A stretch of 64,000 nucleotides of DNA. It comes from Candidatus Obscuribacteraceae bacterium (GTDB lineage: Bacteria > Cyanobacteriota > Vampirovibrionia > Obscuribacterales > Obscuribacteraceae). Positions 10,486 to 20,809 of this stretch are shown one piece after another. Numbering within the stretch: the stretch's first letter is position 1; each line of letters opens with the position of its first letter. The translations under genes and the position numbers were made by a program. The notes below the pieces were generated by a model. It was not told the origin of the DNA. It saw only the letters and a program-made list of their open reading frames with translations, and searched no databases. Location: contig JBGAHS010000008.1 in the NCBI GenBank assembly GCA_044226015.1, positions 509,462-573,461 on the forward strand, read 5' to 3'.

Positions 10486-13400
10486 GTGAGTATGCGGATT
10501 TTACACAAGGGCATCGTTCTCGTTGCAGTACCTCTGGCACTGCAAATCGCAGTTATTGCGATATTGGCTTTCTTGCTCTTCCAAACAGACCGCGAGCAAT
10601 CGCGTGAGGCAGAACGCTGCAGGCTCTCAATGATCGGCTCTCGCTTATTATTTGCAAATTGTGACGCTGGAAATATTCTGATTCGAGCGTTCAAAATGCA
10701 AAACGTAAGCATTTTGAACAATTTCTTCGAAGTATGTGACTACATCGACAGACTCAACAAAGAAATGTCTCTTGTGCCTGTCGACGACGCAGTTGAAGGT
10801 CGCGAACTCCAACTTAAATGCCTCAAAGCTCAATCAGCAGTTACCGCTCGAATGCGCGAAATCGGCGAATTGGCTACCGGCGGATTCGGCATGGGTACAT
10901 TGCGATCTGTTCTGGAGAGCTATCGAAAACTGATTAGAGAACTCGATGAAGTTTTCAGCCTATTACGACTCCGCCACCAGGCTCTAGATTCCGGACTTCC
11001 TGAGCACTGGCATCGCCTGGACGAACTCCAGCAACAAGTCAATACAGTGTTGCTCTGCGCCTCAATTTCCACAGGGCTTATGGCAGTCTTCCTCATCTGG
11101 TATTACCGAAGTGAGTTCTTGCTTCGAATTGGCAGAGTTAGCCAGAACGTTCAATCTCTGACTCTGGGTCACAAAGCCTCCATCGAAGTCCGAGGAAACG
11201 ACGAAATAGGTGACTTCAATGCCGCCTTTCAGAGAATGAGTGCGCAACTAGCTGCGGTGGCAGAACGAGAGCGAGCACTCTTTGAAAATAGCAGTGATAT
11301 GATCTGCGTTCTAAACGAAAGGCTGCAATTTGTTCGATTCAACAAAGCTGCATCGCGTTTTTGCAACGAAGACTCTCAGCAATTGCTTCAAAAGCCCTTT
11401 TCCTCAGTTCTCAATGCTAACGAGGATGAAGCATCTCGCATCGAACATTTACTAATCAGTGCACGCACCACGGGCAGTGCATGTTCGTTCGAATCACAAC
11501 TCAATTCTCAGGGAGGCAAAGTTCTGTCTACGCTTTGGTCAGCTTTCTGGTCGCCAGACAAACTGTCATGCCACTGCGTCATTCACGATATCAGCGAAGA
11601 GCGCAAATTAGACCAGATGCGTGAGGCTTTTCTCAAACTAATCGCAGCCGACTTTTCCAAACCCTTGACTCACATTGCTGAACTAGTGGAAAAACTCTCT
11701 AGTGGCGCATCTGGTGATCTTCCTGAGAGCGCAACAAAGAAGATCTCAGGGGCGACGAGCACGCTAAGTCGAATGGTATCAATGGTCGATGAACTGATAC
11801 AGCTTGAGACTCTAAAAAGCTCTACATTGAACCTGGTCAAACGAGAAGTTAGCGTCATTGATGTACTTAACGAAACAGTGAAGGATACCGAAGCTAGTGC
11901 GGAAAAGAGACAGATTAAACTATCGGTGAATTGCGATCCGTCTCTCAAGTTCAAAGTAGATTCAGATCGAATAGTTAGAGTTCTAATGAACTTCGTGTCG
12001 AATGCAATAAAATTCTCGCCGGAAGGCTCCTCAGTCATTATTGCAGCTGAGAAAATTCAACACGACATTATTATTTCTGTGATCGACCATGGAAGAGGCA
12101 TTCCGAAAGCAGCACTCTCGAACCTTTTCCAGGCCTTCAAACAAGTTGACGTAGCAGACGGAAAGAGAGGGAAAGGAACCGGACTCGGGTTAGTCGTTTG
12201 CAAGAAAATTATTGAAGAGCACGAAGGCAAAATTGGGGTTGAAAGCGAAGAAGGTAAGGGTAGTCGATTTTGGATACAAATTCCAGAGAGTGACAATGCT
12301 AACGCGCCTTCGGAAGCGCATTGGTCCACGGCAGCCACGTTGAGAAACGAGAGCATCGTTAGTTCAGCCGATCCAAAGCTAGTGCAATTCACTGAAGACA
12401 GCTCTAATCGTGCAAGCACAGACAGCAGGAACTTCTCCTCAGAAAATGCTTCGATCAGACCGAATGGCAGCAAAGTCATCGCAGAAACCCATGACACCGA
12501 ATACGATACCAACAACAACAACAACACAACAAGAGCTGACTTACCGGTAAAGAATACGACCTCAACGCTCTCCGCCACCTCAAATTCAATCAAGCTCAAT
12601 GAAGTCAACGCAAAAGGCAATAGGAAGTTCAATTTTTGGGAACGACTATCATTCAAACAGAAAGGCTTTCTATTGGTCGGGCTTCCCATTCTCTTTCAGG
12701 GGTTGTTCATGGGAGGCATGCTCTATCTTCTAAATGAGAGCGCGCAATCTTACGCCAAACAAATGCACAACAGATTTGTCTGCCGCAATGCAATCAGAAC
12801 CGCGATGCCATTCTTCCAGTTAATGGTAAGTCTTCGAACCGAGGGACAGGCTGCGACCGGCTTGCATACATGTAGAGAGGTCCTGGCAGAAGAACGCGAG
12901 CGGGTTGTCGCGCTCAGAGACTCTGTCGAACACGACGAAATGGCAAAACAGTATTATCTTCGAATTTCACGATATCTCAAAAACACGTTGCTACCGATCA
13001 CTACTCGCCTGAACGAAGACCTGACTGAAGCTAGAGGACAGCTAGACGAATCAGAAAACCGTCGATACGCAAACATACTGATCGGTATGATAAATGGACT
13101 CTGCATGCACGTGCAAGACCTGGTTAGAGCATGCGATTTGCGCGATAAAAACACACCCATTCGACTACAAGAACTGCGCCAAATTGAAATGATCGCTCTC
13201 GGTGTCGCTCTTGTTGCTAACATAACAGCTGCAGCTTGGCTCTCAATCTTCTTTTCCTCTGACGTGGTTCGTCGTTTTCTTCTTTTGTCAGATAACAGCC
13301 AGAGACTGGCTAAAGGAGCCACGTTAAACGCACCCTTAAGCGGAAGCGATGAAATTGCACACCTCGATAAAGCATTTCACGACATGGCAAAACGACTTGC

Positions 13401-14472
13401 TAGTGCAAGAGCTACCGAAAGCACCTTTCTCGACAATGCAAACAATTTCATTTGTTCTCTAACGAGTCAGGGGCGTTTCCTCAGCTTGAATAGAGCAGCA
13501 GCGGAGAAGCTCAGTATTCCATTTGAAACCGTTGGTGAACAAAGTTTTGCGAGCATGCTACAGGAAGGGGAGCGTCCGAACTTCGAAAAATTCCTTGAGC
13601 GAACAAAGAAATCATCTGAACCAGCGGCACTGGAATTGCGAGCTCTATCCAACGGGCAACTACTCGACACAATCTGGTCGTTTATCTGGTCAGCAGCCGA
13701 ACAACAATTTTACGCAGTCGGGTACGACATTACCTCCCGCAGAGATCTCGATCGCATGAAGAAAGAATTTCTCGCCCTGGTGACACACGATCTACGCACA
13801 CCGCTAACGACAATTCAGGGTATGGCAATAATTCTTGAAACTGGCAAATTGGGCGAATTACCGCCAGCTGCCGCAGCGCAAATTGGGGAAATAAAAACGG
13901 AATCAAAACAGATTCTTGAGCTGGTAAACGACCTTCTAGATCTTTCAAAACTGGAAGCAGGAGAGCTCAGATCTGACCTGGCGGAACTAAGATTTCGCGA
14001 CTTGCTCGACAAAATAGAAGATGCGCTTGAAGAGAATAAAATCACGCTTCACATCTCAGAAGCAGAAACTTCCATTCATGAGCGCATACTAGAAGCTGAT
14101 GCAGAAAGGCTCGCGTATGCGATTGCAGGTGTAATCTCCGAGTTATATTCAGAGCAAACGGCCGTAAAAATGCAGCTTGAATGTAAGCCAACAAACACAC
14201 TAAATCTATATTTAAGCGCAAGGTCAAATGCTTCTGCCGCTAGCCTGGAAAGCGTCAATAACAGCGAGTTATCACTATACAGTGAAACCTCTGCACACCG
14301 AATTAGATTGCCATTATCGAAACGATTTCTTCAAGCACATATGGTTCTGACACATGCAGAATTTAGCGAGCCAAATAAGCTTCACCTGAGATTCACAATA
14401 CCCCTCAAAGCAAATGCATCAGCGAATGGGAGCAATGCTAGTTCAGCGGAAAACGACTCCACATCAAAATAG
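10486..14472 (+). CDS. Tandem two-module membrane sensor histidine kinase: 2x (TM-sensor-TM-HAMP-PAS-DHp-CA)
   Basis: HAMP motifs GNDEIGDFNAAFQRM and GSDEIAHLDKAFHDM, each followed by a PAS domain. Module 1 has N box (NFVSNAIKFSP), G1 (DHGRGIP) and G2 (GTGLGL) but H-box IAADFSKPL. Module 2 has H-box VTHDLRTPL but no N/G boxes. Confidence 0.93.
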   Translation: MSMRILHKGIVLVAVPLALQIAVIAILAFLLFQTDREQSREAERCRLSMIGSRLLFANCDAGNILIRAFKMQNVSILNNFFEVCDYIDRLNKEMSLVPVDDAVEGRELQLKCLKAQSAVTARMREIGELATGGFGMGTLRSVLESYRKLIRELDEVFSLLRLRHQALDSGLPEHWHRLDELQQQVNTVLLCASISTGLMAVFLIWYYRSEFLLRIGRVSQNVQSLTLGHKASIEVRGNDEIGDFNAAFQRMSAQLAAVAERERALFENSSDMICVLNERLQFVRFNKAASRFCNEDSQQLLQKPFSSVLNANEDEASRIEHLLISARTTGSACSFESQLNSQGGKVLSTLWSAFWSPDKLSCHCVIHDISEERKLDQMREAFLKLIAADFSKPLTHIAELVEKLSSGASGDLPESATKKISGATSTLSRMVSMVDELIQLETLKSSTLNLVKREVSVIDVLNETVKDTEASAEKRQIKLSVNCDPSLKFKVDSDRIVRVLMNFVSNAIKFSPEGSSVIIAAEKIQHDIIISVIDHGRGIPKAALSNLFQAFKQVDVADGKRGKGTGLGLVVCKKIIEEHEGKIGVESEEGKGSRFWIQIPESDNANAPSEAHWSTAATLRNESIVSSADPKLVQFTEDSSNRASTDSRNFSSENASIRPNGSKVIAETHDTEYDTNNNNNTTRADLPVKNTTSTLSATSNSIKLNEVNAKGNRKFNFWERLSFKQKGFLLVGLPILFQGLFMGGMLYLLNESAQSYAKQMHNRFVCRNAIRTAMPFFQLMVSLRTEGQAATGLHTCREVLAEERERVVALRDSVEHDEMAKQYYLRISRYLKNTLLPITTRLNEDLTEARGQLDESENRRYANILIGMINGLCMHVQDLVRACDLRDKNTPIRLQELRQIEMIALGVALVANITAAAWLSIFFSSDVVRRFLLLSDNSQRLAKGATLNAPLSGSDEIAHLDKAFHDMAKRLASARATESTFLDNANNFICSLTSQGRFLSLNRAAAEKLSIPFETVGEQSFASMLQEGERPNFEKFLERTKKSSEPAALELRALSNGQLLDTIWSFIWSAAEQQFYAVGYDITSRRDLDRMKKEFLALVTHDLRTPLTTIQGMAIILETGKLGELPPAAAAQIGEIKTESKQILELVNDLLDLSKLEAGELRSDLAELRFRDLLDKIEDALEENKITLHISEAETSIHERILEADAERLAYAIAGVISELYSEQTAVKMQLECKPTNTLNLYLSARSNASAASLESVNNSELSLYSETSAHRIRLPLSKRFLQAHMVLTHAEFSEPNKLHLRFTIPLKANASANGSNASSAENDSTSK

Positions 14473-14606
14473 TTCATTCGGAACCGCGCCTTAATCTATA
14501 CAGCGATCACCAAGCGCCGCGGAAACTATGCAGCAATCACCCGGAACCACACCAGAAGGTATTAACGAAGCCACCGCTTCCTGTAGCAATAAGAACAGAG
14601 CCAGAA

Positions 14607-15521
14607 TTATTCAGCGATAAGAGTCATGTTACCGCCATTTTTCTTAGCCTCAGAAACGGCGGAACGCGCATAAGAGATCAGCATTTTTCCATCCTCATCC
14701 ATGCCATCAGAAAGCTGAGAAACGCCGATGCTCACAGTAGCCTTAAAGGTTTTGTCGAGAGAATTGAAATGAGTATTCGAGATATTCTCTCTGAGACGCT
14801 CAGCAAGTTCCACAGCGCCTGCGATCTCGGTATGAGACAGGAAAAGTCCTAGCTCCGACTCAGACAACCTGACGATAATATCTGCGTCGCGATTTTGTGC
14901 ACCAATCATGCCCGAAACCTGAGTAATCAGGTTGTTCGCACCCGATTGACCGAAGTTACGCAGTATGTCTTTGTACGCATCAACTTCCATCAGTACAAGA
15001 CTCAAATTTACTTTATAGCGTCGGCACTGATTAATTTCAGCGCGCAAGAATTCTGCTAGATAACGAACACTTCTGAACGAAGTCAGTGGGTCAGTCAACG
15101 ACAGTTCCCGAAGCTGCACGTCACGCTTACGAATTTCTTTCTTGAGAGAATGCTCTCTGAGAGCAATTTTTACGCGACTCAGCAGCTCTTCTTTTGCAAT
15201 AGGCTTAGACAACACCCAATGCTCGTCTTCGGCTCCTGCTAGCTCGCTGGCCCGCTCTCCCTTTCGTCTCAGGAAGATTACTGGTATTTCTCTAGTCTTT
15301 TCGTCTGCACGCAGTCTCTTGAATACATCAAGCCCACTCATCAAAGGCATCTGCAGGTCAAGCAGAATCAGGTCGGGCATTCGCACCTTGCAAGCGGCAA
15401 TGGCCTTAAAACCATCAGTCGCCGATGCGACTGCGTAGCCTGTTGACTTAAGCAAATCTGTTATTAGCTCGATGTTTGCTGGCTCATCGTCAACTACTAG
15501 AATGCTGAGATTCGCGTTCAC
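14607..15521 (-). CDS. Response regulator receiver + degenerate GGDEF domain protein
   Basis: ILVVDDEP...PDLILLDLQMP...KP receiver. GGDEF-domain motifs TDPLT and TVSIGV are present, but the signature reads RLSESEL. RDAD I-site-like motif precedes it. Confidence 0.9.
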   Translation of the reverse strand: MNANLSILVVDDEPANIELITDLLKSTGYAVASATDGFKAIAACKVRMPDLILLDLQMPLMSGLDVFKRLRADEKTREIPVIFLRRKGERASELAGAEDEHWVLSKPIAKEELLSRVKIALREHSLKKEIRKRDVQLRELSLTDPLTSFRSVRYLAEFLRAEINQCRRYKVNLSLVLMEVDAYKDILRNFGQSGANNLITQVSGMIGAQNRDADIIVRLSESELGLFLSHTEIAGAVELAERLRENISNTHFNSLDKTFKATVSIGVSQLSDGMDEDGKMLISYARSAVSEAKKNGGNMTLIAE

Positions 15522-15657
15522 AGAGGCTCACCGTTTGGTATTTAAGCTGCCAACAAGCACAGTTTTCAATAGCTGCGCCTCGAAAAAGACGGCTAGATAA
15601 TAGCACAATAATCCGCGCTTCAATTTTCCCGCTTTAGCCGTTGTGATAGGCAGTTCG

Positions 15658-16029
15658 TTATTTCCGAGCAAGTTCATCTTCAACTTTAATTTTGGGAATA
15701 ATCAAAGCCGAATTGTCAGCACCTTGCTCAATTTTTTCCCTATCTTCTCTGACCGCTGTTAAAAATGCTTCGAGACTCAGACCAGCATGCGAAGGTAGAA
15801 AACGCTCGACTCTAGGAATGCCTCGATCTAGCAGTTTCAGCGCACCAGATCTGTTTTCTCTGAGAACATGATAATAGGCCACAGCAATCTGAATTAACCC
15901 CTGAGTAAGCTGTTTGTCCGGCTCAGACTGCTGCTTCCAATAAGCTTCCAATACTTCATGGCAATCGAAAAACTCTCTTTCATTGAAGAGCGCCACCCCT
16001 TGCCAAAACAAGTCGGTATCTAGCATCAT
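15658..16029 (-). CDS. DUF309 domain protein
   Basis: GVALFNEREFFDCHEVLEAYW...QGLIQIAVAYYH signature. Confidence 0.9.
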   Translation of the reverse strand: MMLDTDLFWQGVALFNEREFFDCHEVLEAYWKQQSEPDKQLTQGLIQIAVAYYHVLRENRSGALKLLDRGIPRVERFLPSHAGLSLEAFLTAVREDREKIEQGADNSALIIPKIKVEDELARK

Positions 16030-18161
16030 GGAATAGAAGCTATCACTATTGCAGGTGTGTCTGCCGAAACGAGATTAAGCTCAGAGCGAGCAAGCGCTTG
16101 CACCTGCCACGTGTCTTGAAGTCCCGACAAATCAACAATACGAGGACCACTAATGATCATAAAATCGGGAATAATTTTGCCAGCATCACCATACTGCGAA
16201 TGTTCCTCGGACAAGTCACTGATAGCTTTTTCGACATCAGAAGAATTTACTTGTCGAACACTTGCCGACTTCATTTTCAAACGGATGACACCCTTATTAT
16301 CCATTGCACGCAAAGCCTGCTGCTTCGTTGAAAACAACCCGAAAAGTTTCTTCTCAGTGGCATCAGTTGAGTAAATAGTAAAATAGTCAGTTTTCGCGAT
16401 AATTTTCAGTGTCTGGCTTTTAGAGCGGAAGGAAGCCGTGGCAATCTTCATCTTCTCGTCATCGCTCAAGTTTACGCCCTGCTGTTCTGTTAGCCCAGTG
16501 GCACCATATGCAGTAGCACGTAAAATATTTGCACGAGGGTCGACCTCGACATGAACTTCTATGCCTGCCGGGTCCGCCCCCATCGCAGCGACAGCGTTAA
16601 ATGCTTCTTCGCGAATTTTAATCAGATCATCTTGCTTTGGTTGCACAACCTGTCGTTCAACCGTTTCCCTTACGAGAGCAAGAGCCACACCAATTGCAGA
16701 AACGACATCGGCATTGTCTGCAAGAGCATGGTCGAGCCCCATTTTTCTTGCCACGTATGGAACTATCGCAGCAGCACCACCGCCACCACCAACCAGAGTT
16801 ATAGACTGCATGTCCAGCTTGTATTCTGCAATAAATTTCTTCAAGGCTGGAAGAACTTTCTCGTAAGCTTTTTCAAGGACCTCTTCTGCTAAAGCATCAG
16901 GAGTGGTGCCAATTTTTGCAGCAACGAGTTTAAACCCTGCCGTAATGTTATTTTTGTCACCCAAGGCGCAATCACCTTCGGGCACATAATTCAGATAATT
17001 AGATGCGCAAGTGGGCGTCAGAGTGGACTTGCCACCCGAAGACTTAATTGCAAGATGGTCCGGAGGATCGCCTTCTTTTGGGCTGATAAATTCAACTTCT
17101 GGATTAGCAAATGTTTTCACAAATGAAACGTAGGAAAGTCCTGCAATGTGAGCACTTCGTGGTCCGACCTCAGTAATGTGCTTACCGGAAATTCGAAGCA
17201 TCGAACCGCCAGCAACTCCAAGTGTATTCACATCAAGTGAGCGAACATACACGCGATGCCCGCCGATTTCTGCATCTTTGACTAGAGCCTTACCATTTCG
17301 AATTACAGATATATCAGTACTAGTGCCACCAACTTCCAGAAAGATGCCATCACTAATTCGAAGATACATCATCGCCGCCGCAACACCTGCAGCAGGTCCA
17401 GAAAGACGAGTCAGGATGGGGCGCTTACGCATGGCTTCTATATCCATGACTCCGCCATCACTACGCATGATCATGATTGGAGCTTTAATTCCTGAAGCAC
17501 GCACACTTTTCTCAGTCATGTTTGCGGTTTCAACCATTTTGGGCAGCATGGCAGCATTTATCACCGCTGTTCGCGTCCTTACCCGCAGACCATAAAGTTT
17601 GCTGACTTCCGAACCCGACGTTGCTATAAAGCCCATCTCCCTAGCTATCGCAAGCACTTCGTCTTCGTGAGCTGTGTCATCCACAGAGAAAGCTTCACTT
17701 ATCGCAATGGCCTTTGCACCGGCAGCCTTTAGACGATTGAGCGCGACCTCGACCTCTTCTCTCTTGACACCATCACCGGTGTTTAAGAATTCAAAATATG
17801 TTCGTAAAAAACGTCCCTTTACGAGTTCAATCGCCCCTATGTTCGCATGCATTCTTGCCAAAAATGAACTGGAGCCTTGCCCCATCGCCAACACACCGAC
17901 CGGCGCAACATCACCCTCTAGAAGTGCATTGGTGGCTTGCGTTGTACTGTGCGCAATGAAACTCACTTCAGACGGATCAAGCGATGCTTTCTCTAGAAGC
18001 GAGTGAAGAGAGTCGATAATGCCTTTAGCAACGCCTTCCGCAGCACTGTGGGTTGTTGGTACCTTTGACTTGGAAATCAACTCTAGGGTCGCAGCATCGA
18101 TAGCAACAGCGTGAGTAAAGGTTCCCCCAACATCTATTCCGATTCTGACAGATCTCGACAT
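16026..18161 (-). CDS. Hydantoinase A / oxoprolinase family ATP-dependent protein
   Basis: RIGIDVGGTFTHAV, HSTTQATNALLE, MRSDGG, SGPAAG and EVGGTSTDI motifs; ATG 18161 preceded by GAGGTG. Confidence 0.9.
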   Translation of the reverse strand: MSRSVRIGIDVGGTFTHAVAIDAATLELISKSKVPTTHSAAEGVAKGIIDSLHSLLEKASLDPSEVSFIAHSTTQATNALLEGDVAPVGVLAMGQGSSSFLARMHANIGAIELVKGRFLRTYFEFLNTGDGVKREEVEVALNRLKAAGAKAIAISEAFSVDDTAHEDEVLAIAREMGFIATSGSEVSKLYGLRVRTRTAVINAAMLPKMVETANMTEKSVRASGIKAPIMIMRSDGGVMDIEAMRKRPILTRLSGPAAGVAAAMMYLRISDGIFLEVGGTSTDISVIRNGKALVKDAEIGGHRVYVRSLDVNTLGVAGGSMLRISGKHITEVGPRSAHIAGLSYVSFVKTFANPEVEFISPKEGDPPDHLAIKSSGGKSTLTPTCASNYLNYVPEGDCALGDKNNITAGFKLVAAKIGTTPDALAEEVLEKAYEKVLPALKKFIAEYKLDMQSITLVGGGGGAAAIVPYVARKMGLDHALADNADVVSAIGVALALVRETVERQVVQPKQDDLIKIREEAFNAVAAMGADPAGIEVHVEVDPRANILRATAYGATGLTEQQGVNLSDDEKMKIATASFRSKSQTLKIIAKTDYFTIYSTDATEKKLFGLFSTKQQALRAMDNKGVIRLKMKSASVRQVNSSDVEKAISDLSEEHSQYGDAGKIIPDFMIISGPRIVDLSGLQDTWQVQALARSELNLVSADTPAIVIASIP

Positions 18162-18168
18162 TAGCACC

Positions 18169-19569
18169 TCACCCGACATAACCTAATGCGACTGATAGCA
18201 ACAGCCCGCCTACCACGGCGAGCCAGACATATGGGGCAGTACGCCTCAGTAGAACCAATGTGTCGGTACCCAGATAGGTTGCTATCCACACGTTGTGAGT
18301 GTTTGTTGGGTCACAAACACCTTGCAGTTGTCCAACAGACATAAGCATTCCCATAATAGCCTGACCTGACAATTTGGAGCTTTCTTTCATCAATGCCACA
18401 AGTCCGCTGCCCATGCCCCAGAGACTCAACGGACCACGATACAACGACAACGGTGCGCACAGAGTGAAAATGACTACGTAAGGCAAGGCATGCGTAGGAA
18501 CCATAGCTGCAAATACTGGCGCCAGAGAGCCCGCAATTGTCTTATGCATAACCGCGCACAGCAACATGCCGATTCCCATCATTAGAATCACAGCAGGAAT
18601 AACAGAGGAGGCACCTTCAATAATTGACCTGGTAAGTAGATTTACCGAATCTTTTTTCCATGTGGTCAATACACCATAGGTGATACCAACAATGAATGCG
18701 GAGATTATATCCCACTTGCATATCAACACAAGCATTAGTGGAATTGCCGGCGTCAGGAAAGCAAGACCGGGCAGGTCTGTCTTATGCTTGAGATGCCTGA
18801 AAACTGCGAAGATAGCCCCGAGCCCGAGGATGGCAGCAACTATCGGAAATGAAATTTCCATCGGACCTGCAGTTGCAGTAGAGGCGACGAAAGATGAGCG
18901 TGCTGCAACACCGGCAAAGAACAATCCCAAGAAAAGAAGTGATAGAGCAGCATACTTGATGTTGGAAAGTTTCTTCAGTTCAATCGTAAGGAAACAAACC
19001 AGAACTGCGCTAAGAATGCCTGCAAAAGGCAAAACAAAAGCAACGATGGTATCTTGCTGTACGTTCAAGACTTCTTTGTAGAGCACCCAGTTGGAAAGGT
19101 TAAACATGCCACCAAGATTAATACCAAGCAGGTACAGTCCTCCAGCTGTTGCAGCTGAGATACCAAGTGAAAGCATCACTGGTAGTACCACTGTTCCAAC
19201 CATAATCACGGCCCCCAGACCGCCCAGCGATGAAAACAACAACGCAGTTACAAGCGTCATCAAAAGCCCCAAAATAAAAGGGCTATCACCCGAAAACTCG
19301 GCGACCCACCTCACCATAGACTTTGCAATACCATGCTTGTTAATGAGTTCAGCAAGAACCGCACCTATCATGGTAGTCGCGTATGCAGAATGAAGCTTTA
19401 GAGCGCCAGCATTAATGACATCTTTGAGAATATCTTGAGCGGGGATGCCGCCAACAGCAGCAATCATCACCGCCATCAGTGGCAAAGCGAGCAATGCAGA
19501 TATGCGGCGCGTATACATCAATGCCGCCATCAACAAGAAAATTAGAAAACAGGCGATTCCTACTTGCAC
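18169..19569 (-). CDS. Ion-transporter (IT) superfamily permease (citrate/GntP-like)
   Basis: 466 aa with many hydrophobic TM segments; immediately upstream of the hydantoinase gene. Confidence 0.8.
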   Translation of the reverse strand: MQVGIACFLIFLLMAALMYTRRISALLALPLMAVMIAAVGGIPAQDILKDVINAGALKLHSAYATTMIGAVLAELINKHGIAKSMVRWVAEFSGDSPFILGLLMTLVTALLFSSLGGLGAVIMVGTVVLPVMLSLGISAATAGGLYLLGINLGGMFNLSNWVLYKEVLNVQQDTIVAFVLPFAGILSAVLVCFLTIELKKLSNIKYAALSLLFLGLFFAGVAARSSFVASTATAGPMEISFPIVAAILGLGAIFAVFRHLKHKTDLPGLAFLTPAIPLMLVLICKWDIISAFIVGITYGVLTTWKKDSVNLLTRSIIEGASSVIPAVILMMGIGMLLCAVMHKTIAGSLAPVFAAMVPTHALPYVVIFTLCAPLSLYRGPLSLWGMGSGLVALMKESSKLSGQAIMGMLMSVGQLQGVCDPTNTHNVWIATYLGTDTLVLLRRTAPYVWLAVVGGLLLSVALGYVG

Positions 19570-19635
19570 TCAGTACCCTGATTGAACCCAACAAAAGTAT
19601 AGCCTCATAGCAACACTAGCTGAGCCAATTTAGTT

Positions 19636-20295
19636 CTAATCATCGCCAAAAGCTTCATTGAGGTCTTGCTTGAACTGCCGCCATCCTTTGATGAATTTTT
19701 TGCCGCGCTCTTCTTCTTGCTTTTCGGTGTCAGCAAAAGGGTCTTTTGCAATCGCGCTGAAGTCATAATGAAATCTTGGCGCTGACTCGGATAGAACATA
19801 CTTTCCCATGCCGTCGTCCAATTTTCTGGCCATCTGATGCAGGCGGGGTAATAGATATGAGTCCCGGGCAGATTGCACGATCCATCTATTTTCCCAGCAA
19901 AGATGCGGTGGCTCAGGCAGTCTACTGTTTGCATACGCGACCATTGCCGCCAGAATAAATGCCCCAACGCCCTTTGCTAAACCTACGCAGCCGCCTCCGA
20001 TTTTCGACCAGAGCGGCAGGTTAGTCTCTTTTATGTAGAATAATCTGGAAAGTAAAGCTTCGGTGTATTGGACCAATCCGATCCACACAAAAAAGTAGCT
20101 GACAAAGATAGAGAAAGTAGCCTCCAGGTGCAGTGTGTCAACGAGCACTGCCGCAGTGTCAACATAAATATGCTGCGCTATGAACGTGGCAAGCAAAACG
20201 GAAAACAAAAAAGTCCAGCAGCGAAGCAGCCCCATCGACCAGCCCACCATTGAACAGAGAATCACCACCCAAGCTATCAGGCAGTCCCAGACCAT
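19636..20295 (-). CDS. CvpA (colicin V production) family membrane protein
   Basis: N-terminal WDCLIAWVVILCSMVGWSMGL and SKIGGGCVGLAKG match the CvpA pattern; about 4 TM segments. Confidence 0.75.
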   Translation of the reverse strand: MVWDCLIAWVVILCSMVGWSMGLLRCWTFLFSVLLATFIAQHIYVDTAAVLVDTLHLEATFSIFVSYFFVWIGLVQYTEALLSRLFYIKETNLPLWSKIGGGCVGLAKGVGAFILAAMVAYANSRLPEPPHLCWENRWIVQSARDSYLLPRLHQMARKLDDGMGKYVLSESAPRFHYDFSAIAKDPFADTEKQEEERGKKFIKGWRQFKQDLNEAFGDD

Positions 20296-20507
20296 AGATT
20301 CTTGCTTCCCCCCAGCCCTTTATGTGCAGGAATCAGGACTGCTAATCATATTCAACTAGATTCTAATACGAACCGATTATTTTGACCTCCTGCTGACTGC
20401 ATAGATATGCAAAACTGACCCGCAGCTCCCGCATATTTAGCAAAAGGCGTCAAATTCTTGTTGGGCTCGTATAGATTTGCCCAGGAAAGGAAACGCAGGT
20501 AAAAACT

Positions 20508-20732
20508 ATGAGCGGCGATAAAATCGAACATACCAGAGCATCAGTGCTTTCACCTCGCGAGGAAGCGATGCTGGAAAATATGGTAAAAGAAGTCTTCAAC
20601 GGCGCAGTAGAACAACCCTGGAATGCGATTGCTAAAGGACTGAACAAAATCGCTGGCACTCATTTGCCAGAGCTTCACTTGACGGGGGCTCCCGAAAAGC
20701 CGCCCAGCACGGTAAAGTTCATCAAAGCATAA
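20508..20732 (+). CDS. Small hypothetical protein
   Basis: ATG-initiated 74-aa ORF in an intergenic gap, followed by a strong hairpin and T-rich tract. Confidence 0.55.
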   Translation: MSGDKIEHTRASVLSPREEAMLENMVKEVFNGAVEQPWNAIAKGLNKIAGTHLPELHLTGAPEKPPSTVKFIKA

Positions 20733-20742
20733 GTGCCTCGTG

Positions 20743-20809
20743 AAGTCCGAAGTCGCAGGCACCTGCACCCCTGCTCGCCGGTGCCTGTGACTTCGGACTT
20801 TTATATTTT
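20743..20809 (+). terminator. Long hairpin / probable intrinsic terminator
   Basis: 21-bp arms aagtccgaagtcgcaggcacc and ggtgcctgtgacttcggactt (one DNA mismatch), followed by ttatatttt. Confidence 0.65.
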
